Shown: positions 1 to 12,972, numbered from the stretch's first letter. The stretch is 64,000 nucleotides of DNA from Catajapyx aquilonaris (GCA_000934665.2 JYFJ02000726.1:1-64000), one strand, 5' to 3'. Notes: generated by a model not told the origin, from the sequence alone. A program made the numbers and translations.

Positions 1-139
1 TACAGTAATTCCCGGCTCGTTCCAACCACAGGTAGTAGGCGCGGATTCGAATGTTCTGGAGCTTTTTTTTTTCTATTGGTCTTTGAGAACGTTTGTCCAG
101 AGAAGAATTTTTGTCTGGAATTGTTGGGGAGTTCCAGCC

Positions 140-2346
140 ATGGCGGGGATGAACGAGGACAAGCTGAAGGCCATGGAGGCTGAGATGGACCGGTAATAAT
201 TAATTGTCCAGCATGTTTGAGTGAACTCAAAAGATAGCGACATTTTTGTAGCATTTTATTTAACGCAATGGGTCAAAACACAGGTTTGTGAAGATTTGTT
301 GCCTTGTTACTCTTCATGACCTCCTTCAGCTACACCTGGAAAATTTGTAAAAAGTTGCTCATTAGAACGATGAAATACTACGTAAAGTACAGCGCTGAAT
401 GTACAGAAGCCGACAACTCTTACAACGCACGGTACTTATTATACTATTTTAACTACAGGTTTGAGGCGGAGATTGCCCTGCCGACTCCGCTGACATCGTA
501 TCCGCCTCCGCCGCCACCGGGCCCTGGTCCACGAGTTCCCATCATGGCCAACACGTACAACCAAGTGCAGAAGCAACTGGAGGAGAGGCAACAAGGGTTC
601 GTCTCCTCCATCCTGTACCAACCTGCCGTGGCTGCCATTGCTGCTGCCGCATTCAACACCAACCCAGCCGCTGCTGCTGCCGCCGGTTTATTCGTACCAT
701 CGCAAGTCCAGCGGAACCCCATCAGTACGCATATTTTATTATTTATCATTATTGTTCCCCCCATCAAATCAAGTTAATTGATAGCCTGTGCCTGTATCTT
801 CCTCCAGAACCAGAGAATCCAGTTGTGATCAGCGCAACCCCGAAGGTGTACAGCTCCAAGCAGATCGGGAAGAAGCTGCCACCGCCTCCGATGCCAGAGC
901 CACCCCCGCCGCCTAAGCGTCCGGCAATGATTACCATAGCTGGTATGCTCCCAAGCGTACTGTCCGCCACAGGGGAGCAGCGGAAGCCCCCAGAGATTCC
1001 CAGGCCACCCCCGCCCCCCATGGCCTCCTCCTCCTCCTCCTCGATGAGCAATGACGACAGTAAAAAGGGCAAGAAGCTGAAGAAACTGGTGCGGACGGCT
1101 GGTGGGCAAGTCTGGGAGGACACTTCCCTGGCGGACTGGGACCAGGACGACTTTAGGATATTTTGCGGGGACCTCGGGAACGACGTGACGGACGAGGTGC
1201 TGTCTAGGGCATTCAGCAAGTTCCCCTCCTTCATGAGGGCAAAGGTCGTACGAGACAAGCGCAACAATAAGACAAAGGGCTACGGGTTTGTCAGCTTCAA
1301 GGATCCACAGGACTTCATTCGCGCCATGAAGGAGATGAACGGTGAGTCTCTGACTTGAATTTTGCAAGCTTAAAGCATGACAATAAATTGCGACAAGAGC
1401 GGACAAGACATTTCAACAAGCAATGCAGATAAAGCCAATTTCATTTGTCGGTGAATTGTAGAGAGCCTCAGCCTGTACACAATCACATATATTAAAAGCC
1501 AAATTTTTTTTTATGGCCAGGGGAAGTACATCAATGCTAATTTTTTCGGTGCACATACTCTTCCCAAGTTAGTGTACAAAACAGGGTGCAATCACTTATT
1601 TACCAAGCGGCCCCCACCCGTACGAGACGAACAATTGCGGGAGGGCAGCTGCAGGTCGCCTGGTTGGGCCGGCTGACACCTGCTTGTGGTTGCTCTCGGG
1701 CGTCTTATGTGACGCAGCGTCTTCTCTAGCATGGTCCACTTCATGCTGTCGCCTAAATCTGAAATATGGGCAGTCACAACAACGCACGTGGCAAAACCGC
1801 AAGTACTTACGCAGGGTAGTAGTAAGACGGGTCGAACTCCGATCCGCCTGCTCCCCACCCGCGGGACATGAAGAAGTCCCGCTTTTTGAGCCCCCCGTCC
1901 TGAGGGGTTGTCCACAGCACCTGAACCGCAGCCGCAGCCTGGTCCTTCAGAACCAGCGCTGTCACCAGCATAAGCCAGACACACACACGGATTACATGTG
2001 CCATTATTAGCACCCGTTAGGACGGCTACCTTTGCCAAGTATAATGTGACCCTGTAAAGTGAGGAATTGAAACTGTGGCCTGCAGGGCTGTCTCCCCCTT
2101 AGTTTTATATGAAAAGGCGCCTCCAGAGGTGCGTCGGCGCCGCCCCCCAACCGTCGGCGCCCCCCTCTTTTTTTCTCTCTCTCTCTTCAGTATATACTAC
2201 AACTGGACGTATTATTTCCAGGTCGCTACGTGGGTTCCAGGCCGATCAAGCTGCGCAAAAGCACCTGGAAACATCGCAACATGGACGTGGTTCGAAAGAA
2301 GGAAAGAGAGAAGCAGGCGCTGCTCAGTCTGGTCAACGGACGCTGA
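140..2346 (+). CDS. RBM42: RNA-binding protein 42 (single RRM, U4/U6.U5 tri-snRNP-associated); exons 140-192, 459-724, 808-1341, 2222-2346
   Basis: N-terminus MAGMNEDKLKAMEAEMDRFEAEI; RRM signature RTAGGQVWEDTSLADWDQDDFRIFCGDLGNDVTDEVL...KTKGYGFVSFKDP...EMNG|RYVGSRPIKLRKSTWK; all introns GT-AG and phase-consistent. Confidence 0.95.
1596..2004 (-). CDS. Putative neuropeptide precursor (118 aa) nested antisense in RBM42 intron 3; exons 2004-1811 and 1758-1596
   Basis: Hydrophobic signal peptide, KKR, RR and RR cleavage sites, C-terminal G-K-stop amidation signal; 52-nt GTAAGT...TTTCAG intron joins the two ORFs in phase 2; internal repeated motif FxSxGWG. Confidence 0.8.
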
Positions 2347-2553
2347 CCACAAATGACCTCAGCATCATTCTATCTGTCATTTATATCGTCCCCCTCTCAT
2401 CAATAAACAATTATTACGTGTGTGGCTGATGCGTTTTATTCCGATTTTCCTTTAATCCTTTCCGTATCATTAAAAAAAAAAAAGGCATGTCTCGTACATA
2501 CGATGCGTGTCCACAGGACAAGGAACAGTAGGAGGACAAAAAAAAGAAGGGGT

Positions 2554-2625
2554 TAGCAGAGCGTGGTTTCGATCCACGGACCTCTGGGTTATGGGCCCAG
2601 CACGCTTCCGCTGCGCCACTCTGCT
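2554..2625 (-). tRNA. Initiator tRNA-Met (CAT), copy 1
   Basis: Reverse complement AGCAGAGTGGCGCAGCGGAAGCGTGCTGGGCCCATAACCCAGAGGTCCGTGGATCGAAACCACGCTCTGCTA: A1:U72, GGG/CCC anticodon stem, GATCG T-loop; oligo-T Pol III terminator follows. Confidence 0.97.
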
Positions 2626-2817
2626 GTGCCTTGAAGGGACCACCTTCAGAACCCTACTTGTCCCCTCAGCAGCACATGACGCAACAATACCACCTCAATC
2701 AACCATCCCGCACATCACAAAACAATGAGCACAAAATGACGCATCTGCATCACTATCGAACCATATCAGTAATTAAACCAATGTCAACAATATATCGATA
2801 ACAACTAATGTCGGTGA

Positions 2818-3099
2818 TTAATATTAGTTATTATATCGGCTATCAGCTAAATTATGACCACTAATACATTAGGAGTCACATTAATGTAGCTGTATCACTA
2901 TAATGTCGTCGATAATAACTAATGTTAATATTATCGACATTAGTTGTTATCGATATTGGTTATTAATGATATAAGTTAGGTTTGATAGTATTTAATATTA
3001 GTTATTATCGACGACATTATAATGATACAGCTATTAATGTGACTACTAATATATTAGTGGTCATAATAGCTGCTGATAGCCGATAATAACTAATATTAA
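2818..3099. repeat. AT-rich long inverted repeat (about 115-bp arms) with a further partial copy to about 3200
   Basis: 2821-2935 is an imperfect reverse complement of 2984-3096; motifs ATATTAGTTATTATCGACGAC and ACTAATATATTAGT recur at about 3136-3197. Confidence 0.8.
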
Positions 3100-4235
3100 T
3101 ATCGATTATTAATATGGCACTAATATCGATTATTGATATTAGTTATTATCGACGACACGACTGATACGGCTATTAATACGACTACTAATATATTAGTTGC
3201 GTAGTTGAAAGAGCTAACATGGATCAGCAATATGTCGACAATGAGTGACTAATATTAATTATCGATATAAGTAATATTGGTTAAGCAATGATTGTGCCGA
3301 TTCGTCGTTTGCGTAAATTGTGATTACTAATGTAGGCTATTATATCGCATAGCTATAATACTAGTTGCTGAATGGCCATGTCAATTACGTAACTAATATA
3401 TTAGTGATATTAGTTATGTTGATAGCACCTATATAGTATTAGTTGCTGATCATATGCAAAGTATAATTCACAATCTGTGACTCCGCCCCCTGTACTGTAA
3501 GCAATAAGCTAACTCATCATACTTGAATTCACTTGAATCCATGTTCAGCAATATTAGAGGGCAGTATGGCGCCCTGGTGGACTTTGTCCGCGCGGTGACT
3601 CATCACCAACGTGCTTGTAGTACTACTGTCCCCCTGAGAGTGGCAGTAGTGTGCAGACCTATGCGCCAACTGGTAGTTGCATATTGTACTACGTCCAAAT
3701 TGGGAGGGTGGGCCAAGCAGTGTTGCCAATATTTGGCAACGAGTCCGCTTACATGTCAATATTATAGGAATCAAAGGAATGGTGTATATAAGTTACGCCG
3801 ATAGTTCTGATATCAATGATGTATTTGTTAGTAAAGGGATGCGATGACGCAGGTGCTTGGAAAACCTGCGAGGTGGGTACTAATTAGGCTTCAATTAGCA
3901 GCTAACACGAGCTTGAAAGAGAATCAAGAGTGGCAGGGGAAATGAATATGAATGTAAAACCAGAAATTGAATTTTTCTCTCTCTAAAAAACCTTGATGTC
4001 AGCAACAACTGCTAAGTTAGCAGTGGGACTAAAATTACACCCATTGTTTCAACCCCCCTCAATTTCAGTAAAAGAGAATAATAATGATGATTATTATAAT
4101 AATTGAAGCTGACTTCCTCACCAAGGCAACCCCGCGAGTTTATTTATAATATCAGTGTTGGCCTGTAACAACCAAGGGGATGTTCCTGATCGGAGACAAG
4201 TGGTTACTGATACGCTGACCAAGGACTCCCAGGAG

Positions 4236-6990
4236 ATGTCGGATTACGGGTCAGAAGAAGAGGAGGAGTTAGGACCCAGCATCGGGGTAAGGGTCAACCC
4301 CCCCAAAATAAATTAATTCCAAAAAAAAAAAAAAATCAGGATCGTTCGAAAATGGCCCAAAATCCAACATGGCCTCAATTTCTAATAAAGAAGACAATCT
4401 TTCTTTGTCTTTAATATCCCGAGCACGCGTGGGTAGCTCTGAATGTACAGGGATAGAGAGAAAGAAGAGATGGTTGGGGGGGGATGTTGGAGGGGATTAT
4501 TATGGCGAAGGCGGAATTCATTTCCGACTAATTGAATCAGGTCAACTGTCTTGTGGCAAGGATCAAGAGGGGAATTTCAATTAACCGGATCCTTCATATT
4601 AAGAGGGGGGGAGGCCCTCATCTCAGGAGGGAGGGATCTACTTCATTCCCCATATATAGGCCTACTTATAACCTAATTGCTCTACTTCTTGATCAGAATG
4701 GGTTTGTTGGGAGGGAATTATTGCGATTTAACTTCAGCTCTGATGGAGACTGGAGGTTAACTTAATGTCTACCTATTTTTTCAGCACGATTTCCATTAAT
4801 AAATCCATATTTATTGAAATACGCATTCAATTAATCAATTCATATTTATTGAAATACTCATTAAATATTGTAATTGATATGTACATTTTTAATTTAGTAA
4901 GTAATCCTTTTTTGAATTATGTGATTAATATTAGAGATGCCTATTTGTGTTAAGTTATTCATATTCATAGATAGATTCATCGAAAAACCGGCTGGTTTTA
5001 TCATATACCGAGCTCGGTGAAACCGGTCCTTGAATCTTTAATTGGTTAATATTATAGTTGCCAGCAAAATACGTCCAGCTTTTAGGTGGCCACGAATACA
5101 CGCGACTTCAACGAATTAAAATAACAATTAAAATAAATTGCACCTAGTAAGAGCACAAATACGTCAAAAAAAACATCAAAGAAATGCTGTCATTAAATCC
5201 ACATATTGTTAGCCCAAAAGATGATTAAAAAATTGGGATTGAACACTTTGTAGTGTGTATACCCCCCCCCGGCAAGCTGCAATTAGTGCTAAAATTACCT
5301 GATTATGCATTGCGAACGTGCGTCGTGGTTTAATTAGCCTTCATAATAAAAGCTGTTAATCGGTTGAGAGTTTTGTTGTTGTTGTTTTTTTTTGAACGGA
5401 ATAACCTTTAGGCCTACCCAGAATAAGCTGGATTTGTACGTCACGTACCCCCCACAATTGACTAGAATCGCATAGAAACGTCTAGAAAATTGGGTTGGAA
5501 CGACTACCGAGAATCGCAGGCTTGTACATAGATTAATATTATTTTAATATATTCGAGCAGGTTGCGTAACACAACGCAGCAGCGATGCGCGTCCATATTA
5601 TTAATTATTAATGCGCAGTCGTTTGTGAATACCCGATGTGAGGTGTAGTCCACTTTTGTCTAATTAGCGCAAATACTGCATTGCACTCAGCGAAAGGCCC
5701 ACTGTTTAATTAGCACAATTATATTCATATAAATTATGTTAATGACAATTTCAGTAAAAATGAAGTCTGTGGGGGGTGGTGAAAAAAACAAGAAAAAAGA
5801 AAAAGGTTAGCAGAGCGTGGTTTCGATCCACGGACCTCTGGGTTATGGGCCCAGCACGCTTCCGCTGCGCCACTCTGCTTGGGTGAGGATAGCCTCGTTC
5901 AAAAGGGGCCTTCATGCTGCCGGGTGGGCGGGGCGTGGGACGTCAGCCCGTCAGCAGGGAGCCAATCGGAACGGGGGGAGGGAAATTTCGAATTTGGTAC
6001 TGACAGTACTGTACATTTGCAGGAGTACGACGGTGATCGTAATGAGTTGCAGCAGCGACATGGGAAAGGGAAGGCTCTGCTCCCCAACGGTGATGTGTAC
6101 GAGGGGGAGTACAAGTACGGGAGGAGGCACGGACGGGGTGTGTACAAGTACAAGAGAGGTCGTGGAGCACGCTACGAGGGGCAGTGGTACATGGGGCGCA
6201 AGTATGGCTCCGGTACCTTCTACTACCCGGATGGATCCCGATACGACGGACACTGGCAGGACAACAAGCGCCATGGGTTCGGTACTTACACCTACACCAA
6301 CGGCGACGTGTACGAGGGCTACTGGGAGAACAACGTCCGCCAGGGACAAGGGCTGTACATCCACAAGGCATCTGGCGCAAAGCACATGGGCAACTGGGAA
6401 GGAGGGCACAAGCTAGGTGACGGCATGCTCATCACTGGCGAGAGGAGGTACATGGGAAACTTCAAGAACAACCTGGTAAGTCACACCGCAACACGTTACA
6501 AACATCATTAATATATGTAGGTACTTAAATTACAATTGTAGTCAATAATGATAAATAAGTCAATGTGTGCCCACAGCCGGAAGGGCCTGGCCAGTACGTG
6601 TTCCCACTCTTGGAGTGCCAACAGGCCGGGACGTACGAACAGGTTCTGGCCCCAACGGAGGATGGGGAGGTGAACATTGCCCCCGGACTGGTCACCCAAC
6701 TGGACGAAGGAGAGGAGGGCGAGGAGATGCAGGAAGGCCCCAAGATGATGGCCCTGTGGAAGACCAACGCAAAGGCCACCCTTGTGTTCCCACCGGACGC
6801 CGAGTTGCCTCCGTCCAAACTGGATCGGCCAAAGACACCCCCGTTGCCCAAGACCCCACCCGCTGGCGGAAGCGAGCAGGAAGAGGAGGCCTACCAGCTG
6901 CTGCTTGACGTGGCACCACTGGGCACCCCGAGGATGACCCTGGAACAGGACCCTTCCTCAGGGAGTGACATCCTCCTGGCGGCAGACTAG
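4236..6990 (+). CDS. RSPH1: Radial spoke head protein 1 homolog (MORN repeats); exons 4236-4286, 6023-6475, 6577-6990
   Basis: MSDYGSEEEEELGPSIG|EYDGDRNELQQRHGKGKALLPNGDVYEG resembles the RSPH1 N-terminus; tandem MORN repeats; PEGPGQYVF...CQQAGTY C-terminal block; AATAAA at about 7056. Confidence 0.9.
5808..5879 (-). tRNA. Initiator tRNA-Met (CAT), copy 2, inside RSPH1 intron 1
   Basis: Identical 72 nt to copy 1; oligo-T terminator downstream on the minus strand. Confidence 0.97.
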
Positions 6991-8947
6991 GGAGGGAATC
7001 GGGACATTGTTCACACAGTTGTGTTCGTCAAAGTACAAAAGTGCAAAAAGTACAAAATAAAAGCAGTTCCTCAGAAGACAATCCAGCGTCTTTTTTAAAA
7101 TCCGTTGAATCGACGACCCTGTTCAGAGGAAAAGGAAATGAAAGCAGTGCTTTAGATGAAGAGCTTTTTTTCTTTATGGGCATGTCATTTTTTTTTAAAC
7201 AATGGAATCCAAAACTATTGGTTGTTACACAACTTGGCCACCGTTACCCCATTTCCTGAGCATCCATAACATTCAACTGCCAACAAGTGGTGGTGGTTTT
7301 CTTTGTGTCCCCACTGGCAGGCACATGGAATTGGAATAACGGAGGGCAAGCAAAGCCCTTCACCCCTTATTTTTTGTTGTCAATTTTGTCCGCCTTTACC
7401 TTCAAATTCCACCCCCCATTTGATGCAAATACCAATCAAAAATTTGTTTAAATTGCCAATTCGGGTCCCAAAATTGAAATCGTGATTATGCCCCCAAGTT
7501 ACAGGGGGGTGGACAAATTCCTTTTACGTGATTTGCCAGCGCTAGGCTCTTACAAAGATCACGGGGGCATGAGCCTAGCTCTGCACGTGGCCTTTACGCC
7601 ACTCTCCCTGCTCCCAAGTGTTGACGTCCGCAGTCGGGGATACGGATGCGGTGAGGTTTACGCCAATGAGGCAGGGAGGGAGGAGATAGTCCACTCGTGC
7701 CCTCAGATATATTTAATATATATATATATGTTTGTATATATTATATGTACACAACGCAATCACACATCCACACACACGGGAACAAAAAGTGTCCCTTCAT
7801 TAGCTCACTTCAATCACACAATTCACACATTGGCCACTTTCATTTTTTACAACGGACTATCTCCTCCCCCAACACCACCCCAGAGAACGAAACCAGACCC
7901 ATCCGCCCATTCTCCGCAGGACATCGAAGGGAAAAAAAAAAAAATGTATTTTTTTGGCTTGCCTCTGTCCGGTGAAACTTGGCAATATCAACCGTTCACA
8001 AGCTTTTTTTCTGTAGTTTTGTCGTCATTGTCCGACAGTTTCTTATTATCACATTGCCTGATGTTCGGCTCTTCTCACACTCTTGTACCATCAGTAACAA
8101 ATTTTTTTTTTCTTCGTCCCATTTGGACCACTGAATACAAAAATAACTTTAGAAAAACTAACTTGCAGTCATGACTTGGGGGGGAGGGGTTAGCTTCATC
8201 GAAACAAAAAGAATTTCTGTCTACGACTTGAACTTTCCCGTCTTCCCATCAAAATGCCAGTCCATAGTATCGCCTTTCAGCTCCTCGTGTCTTCTTCCCA
8301 TTTCGATGACACGTGAATTCAGTCAACATCATAGCGTTCAGGTCACTGCCTAACCTCTTAGCGGTGGGGGCGTGAAGGAAATCGCCTCACTCCCTCACCT
8401 TCAAAGAGCCCACAGACAATAGTGTCCAGAGACGATGAAAACAAAAAATCCAATTCAACCAGTTGTCATGTCATTAGGGGGCGGGATTTTAAAAAAAAGA
8501 AAAAACTGTCTTGAGTTGATCCGCACCGGCTACAGCCACAGGCACCATTCTGCTTCACATCGTTCATCACGAAAAGGAGGCGGGGGCACGCCACACCACA
8601 TTAATCCTAGTATGTACAGTCTTCTCTCACCTTATTCACACGCACACATTATCAACAACGTAACAACAAAAGAAAACAAAATAAACCCGCTTTTTTTCTC
8701 GTATAAACAACGGTATTTTTTTTCCCAATCTCATTGCAGCATAACTTAAATTAGTCCATGTTTGTTTCATTCAGATTATTGCAGAGCCTTCACATGTTTC
8801 ATTTTCATTTTAGATTTCCATAGCTCTTTGGACAGCGCAATAATTCTATTCACAGGTGAAGCCCCCACCCACTTTTTTTTTCCACTTTCATTCTGCAGTA
8901 ATGGTGACTCGAAATGATGGTGCTGCAACCTGCCTTCCCCGTACGGC

Positions 8948-10904
8948 TTACTTGCTGACATTGCCTTCCTCCTCCTCCGCTTCCTGGTGATGCTCCGCTA
9001 CGTACAGGGCTGGGTCAATCACCTAAAATGAAAAGGTGTTAGCTTCACGTTGTTGACGGAACTGCCGATACACGAACTGGACGGCACTTACCTTTGGTAT
9101 GGGCTTGATCTCTGTTCCCAGCTCCTGCTCGATGCGGTGCAAGTTGAAGCGGTCCTCGTAAGTGATGAGGTTGATGGCAATTCCGAGATGTCCGAAGCGA
9201 CCTGAGCGTCCGATGCGGTGCAGATAGGTCTCTGCCATCTTGGGGAAGTCAAAGTTGATAACCACGTTGACGGCCTGAATGTCTATACCTCGAGTGAAGA
9301 GATCTGAGCAGACCAGGTTGCGGCAGAGTCCGCCGCGGAAGTCGTGGAACACGCGGTTGCGGTGGGCCTGGGCCATCTTTGCGTGGATGTAGTAGCAGGA
9401 GTAACCCAGTTCAGTTATCTTCTTTGCCAGCAGCTCCACACGTTGAGTGGAGTTGCAGAAGATTATGCTCTGGTTGATCTGCAGCTTGGAGAAGAGAGTG
9501 TTGAGGCAGTGGACCTTCTGCCTCTCCTGCACGAAGGCATAGTATTGGGTCACCCCCTTGAGAGTCAGCTCGTCCATCAGGTTTATCTCGTAGGGATGCC
9601 TCAAGTGCTTCACCATGAATTGCTCCACGGTCAGGGGGAACGTGGCCGAGTACAGGAGCACCTGCCTTGTATTAGGCAGGCATGAGATCGCACGATCCAG
9701 CATTCCCTTGAAATCCTGCGACAGGAGCTTGTCCGCCTGCAAAACAAATCACCACCATAGAAAACCTCTTTCAGGTAAAAAAAAAGGACAAGCCAAAGCT
9801 TGAGAAAGAAACACTCACCTCATCTAAAACTAGAGTCTTGCAGTGGTCCATATGAGCCACTTTCTTCTCCATCAGGTCCAGGATGCGGCCCGGTGTGGCA
9901 ATGATCACGTGAACTGCAAAACAAGAGTTAAGTTACGCCCATGTGTGACTTGACATGACCACTCATTGATTACCAACCTTTCTCGTAGATCCTCATTATG
10001 TCGTCCTTGAGGTTGGTTCCTCCTGTTGTGACCATCACTCTGATGCCCATGTGCTTAGCCAACTCGATGCAGATCTGACTAGTCTGGAGGGCCAACTCTC
10101 GTGTGGGTACTATCACCAGGGCTGGAAACGAATTTGGAGCATGTATTTATCACATGCATAGCTTTCCGACAAGCTCAAGTCGAAGGCCTGTTACGTGACT
10201 TGGATCAGAAGCAATTCTCATTCACAAACATATGTAGGGGAATCCAACGATTCTCATCATATCCATGTCACACAATTGTGAGGCTTTGTAAGTTGCTTTT
10301 AACCAGCCCACGGCTATTGCAGCAATCGTGCCCAAATGTTAAGTTAAAAACCCTCAAAGTTTTGAAGCAAAAAAGAACAGCTTAGCTTTTAAAAATATTT
10401 ATGGTTACGGGCTCGGTTCTCACCTTGAATGTAGTCCTTTGATGGATCGACCTGCTCAAGGATGGGGATGGAATAGGCACCAGTCTTCCCAGTACCATTC
10501 TTGGCTCGTGCGAGAATGTCCCTTCCGCTAAGGGCGATGGGGATGCTGGCCTCCTGGATTGGAGAGGGCTTCTCCCAGCCCTTCTCGAAGATCCCCATCA
10601 GCAGCTCCCGCTTCAGGCAGAAGTCTTCAAATTCATTGCCCTTGCGGTCTGTGACATCTGAGGTCCTGCGTCGTGTGTCCTTTGCAGGCAGCTTCAGCTT
10701 CGCCTTCCATCCCTTGTCCTCCTTCAGTTTGTCTGCATCACTGTTGTTGCTACACATGGTACACGAAGCAAGCGATCAGTTACCTGCGCCAAGACAATTA
10801 CACGTGACCCGAAACACTTACATGGCATTGTTCTGACTGTTGATGTTGTTGACCATAGGTTTCACCGGGGTGCTGTGATTGGTCAGGTTCACATGGGACT
10901 CCAT
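8948..10904 (-). CDS. DDX6: DEAD-box RNA helicase DDX6/Me31B; exons 10904-10822, 10740-10424, 10121-9978, 9913-9819, 9736-9092, 9022-8948
   Basis: [87 protein letters not shown] junctions in phase. Confidence 0.97.
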
Positions 10905-11900
10905 CTTGTCTTGAGGTATAAGACGGGGGAATCACAGATACTTGGGGAGCAGTGGGTAAATGGGGGGGGCCCAAAAGGGTCAGTCACTCCTCACACACAA
11001 AAAAAACACTTACCACCGAACAAAAAACAAAAAAAAATAAACAAAACAATTGATAAAAAATTAAAGGTGGAGTCACCAAGTGTACGTGTAGCAAACACTG
11101 ATTTATACTGTCACTGGCAGCACATGATTTGTTGGCCTAAGCCCACTGGACCATATCTGTAACAGAGGAAAAAACAACACATTAGCGCAAAAATTGTCGC
11201 ACAGCTCAAATTCATTATGAACATACGTTTATCATTTGTCTGCATATTTACAAATTGTCTTGTGGCATTAATCTCCAGCATTTACAACTGAACAATTACA
11301 AAGTTTCCGTGGACCCTGAGTTGGTAGGTGGAATTACAAGCACACATGTATTGAAAACAAAAACAAGCATTGGGTATGCCAGCTGACTTATTCCCTGCAA
11401 AGGTATACTCGTAACTCCTGGTCCATGGAAACTTAAAATGTACCTACTGACTACTTCATTAAATTGGGGCAAATGCAATCATATGTAAACAGCAACTCCG
11501 CTAAACTGGTAACTGCACTTGGCGCCAAAAATAAACCAGTACTCTGAGGACAAAGTCCTCATTATATCGCAGAGAGATTACCGTTCAACATGCTCAGCCC
11601 GCACTCAGCTCAACACATGTCCCTGCACATTTTAACTCTTACAGTGTGCATGTTTCCTAACAGAGTTTTTAGTAATCACAACTCGGCTGAAGTCTCGCTT
11701 ATGAAAACCCGAATGTTAGGGTTACATGTCTTAGTGAATTCATTATTATCTGAAGCAATAATCTATAATTTACGTGATTTCAGCAGCTCAATTTTTTCAA
11801 TACGGTACAACAATATTTTTCACACAGGTCAATTGTCAATTTTCCGATCGCCCCAACCTACTTACTGCAGGCAGCACTTGCAAGAGGTGAACCACAAGTA

Positions 11901-12177
11901 CAGTGCCGGAAAAAACTGATTGTACATCTCAGGACATTAATCCCGTCGTACTGCTAGCGACATTTTCCAAGGCGGCAGACTAACACATCGTAGTGATTGA
12001 GTGTGAGCAAGAAATGGTAGGCCCTGTGTGGCATCACTGGCTGGGCTAAATGGAATTGCACCCAGCTAGTGACGTCTCCCCAGGCCTACCATTCTTACTC
12101 GCACTCCAGCACTTCCATGTGCTCTTCCGCCACATCTGAAAATGTCGCTAGCAGGACAGAATTGATGTCCAGCATTG
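11901..12177. mobile_element. Fold-back MITE, Tc1/mariner-like (CAGTG termini, TA flanks), copy 1
   Basis: Long internal inverted repeats (e.g. GCTAGCGACATTTTC / GAAAATGTCGCTAGC); homologous to 41743-42002. Confidence 0.75.
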
Positions 12178-12972
12178 TACCCCCTTCAAGCAGCGTCAAG
12201 CTAGTTGGCTGGGGTGGAAGTGTGCATAAATGGAAGTCGCATTCACATACACTTCCATCTGCAGCTCCATGTGCACTGCTTTCCAGGACGCAATGCAGTT
12301 TTTTCCCCCAGTACTGTGCATTCCCCCATTCACAAGGCAATAGCACCCATGAAGGAAAAGAAAGGGGACAGGCAACAGTTAATTGGTTCTAATCAGTTCC
12401 AATAATTCAATCACATCCTTGTATATTTTTGCTTCACACCTAATTTCACCCAAGTGATCCAAGGTTACTCATTATCCAATGACCCAACAAATTGAAGCAG
12501 CACCTGTATGAAAAAAAAATCATCCCAGCAAACACAATCTGACATATGATGCGATATGACATCAGTAGCAATACAGGGCCACAAAAAAAACCAATTGTGC
12601 CATTATCAGCCTTGTAAAGCCTTGTCCCACCGAAGTCGTTGCACTGCGCAACTGGAATAAGCATACGACTCTGATACGCATGACACTAATTTCACATGAA
12701 ATGCTCAGATCTCATTGCGGACAAGTGTGCCCACACATTGCTGCAAAAGCTTCAGTCAATCTTGCAATCATACCCAAAACATAATAAGACCAAGAAAATG
12801 TCCCCATGCCACCATTTCTCAACACCCTCCACACAATCACTGATAATCTCCAAAACATTACATCAAAATCTGTAAGTTGCCAATCAACATCAGATTCAGC
12901 AGTCCAATGGGCTATTACATAAAATTGTCCTGAAATGGGGGGGGGGAACCACAATTTATTGTCAGTTCCCTC

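Noticed and set aside
4369..4765. Purine-rich ORFs in RSPH1 intron 1
   Set aside because: No recognisable motif or consistent splice structure
5817..6022. RSPH1 N-terminus as given by the ORF track
   Set aside because: These starts run through the tRNA and intron; the likely first exon is 4236-4286
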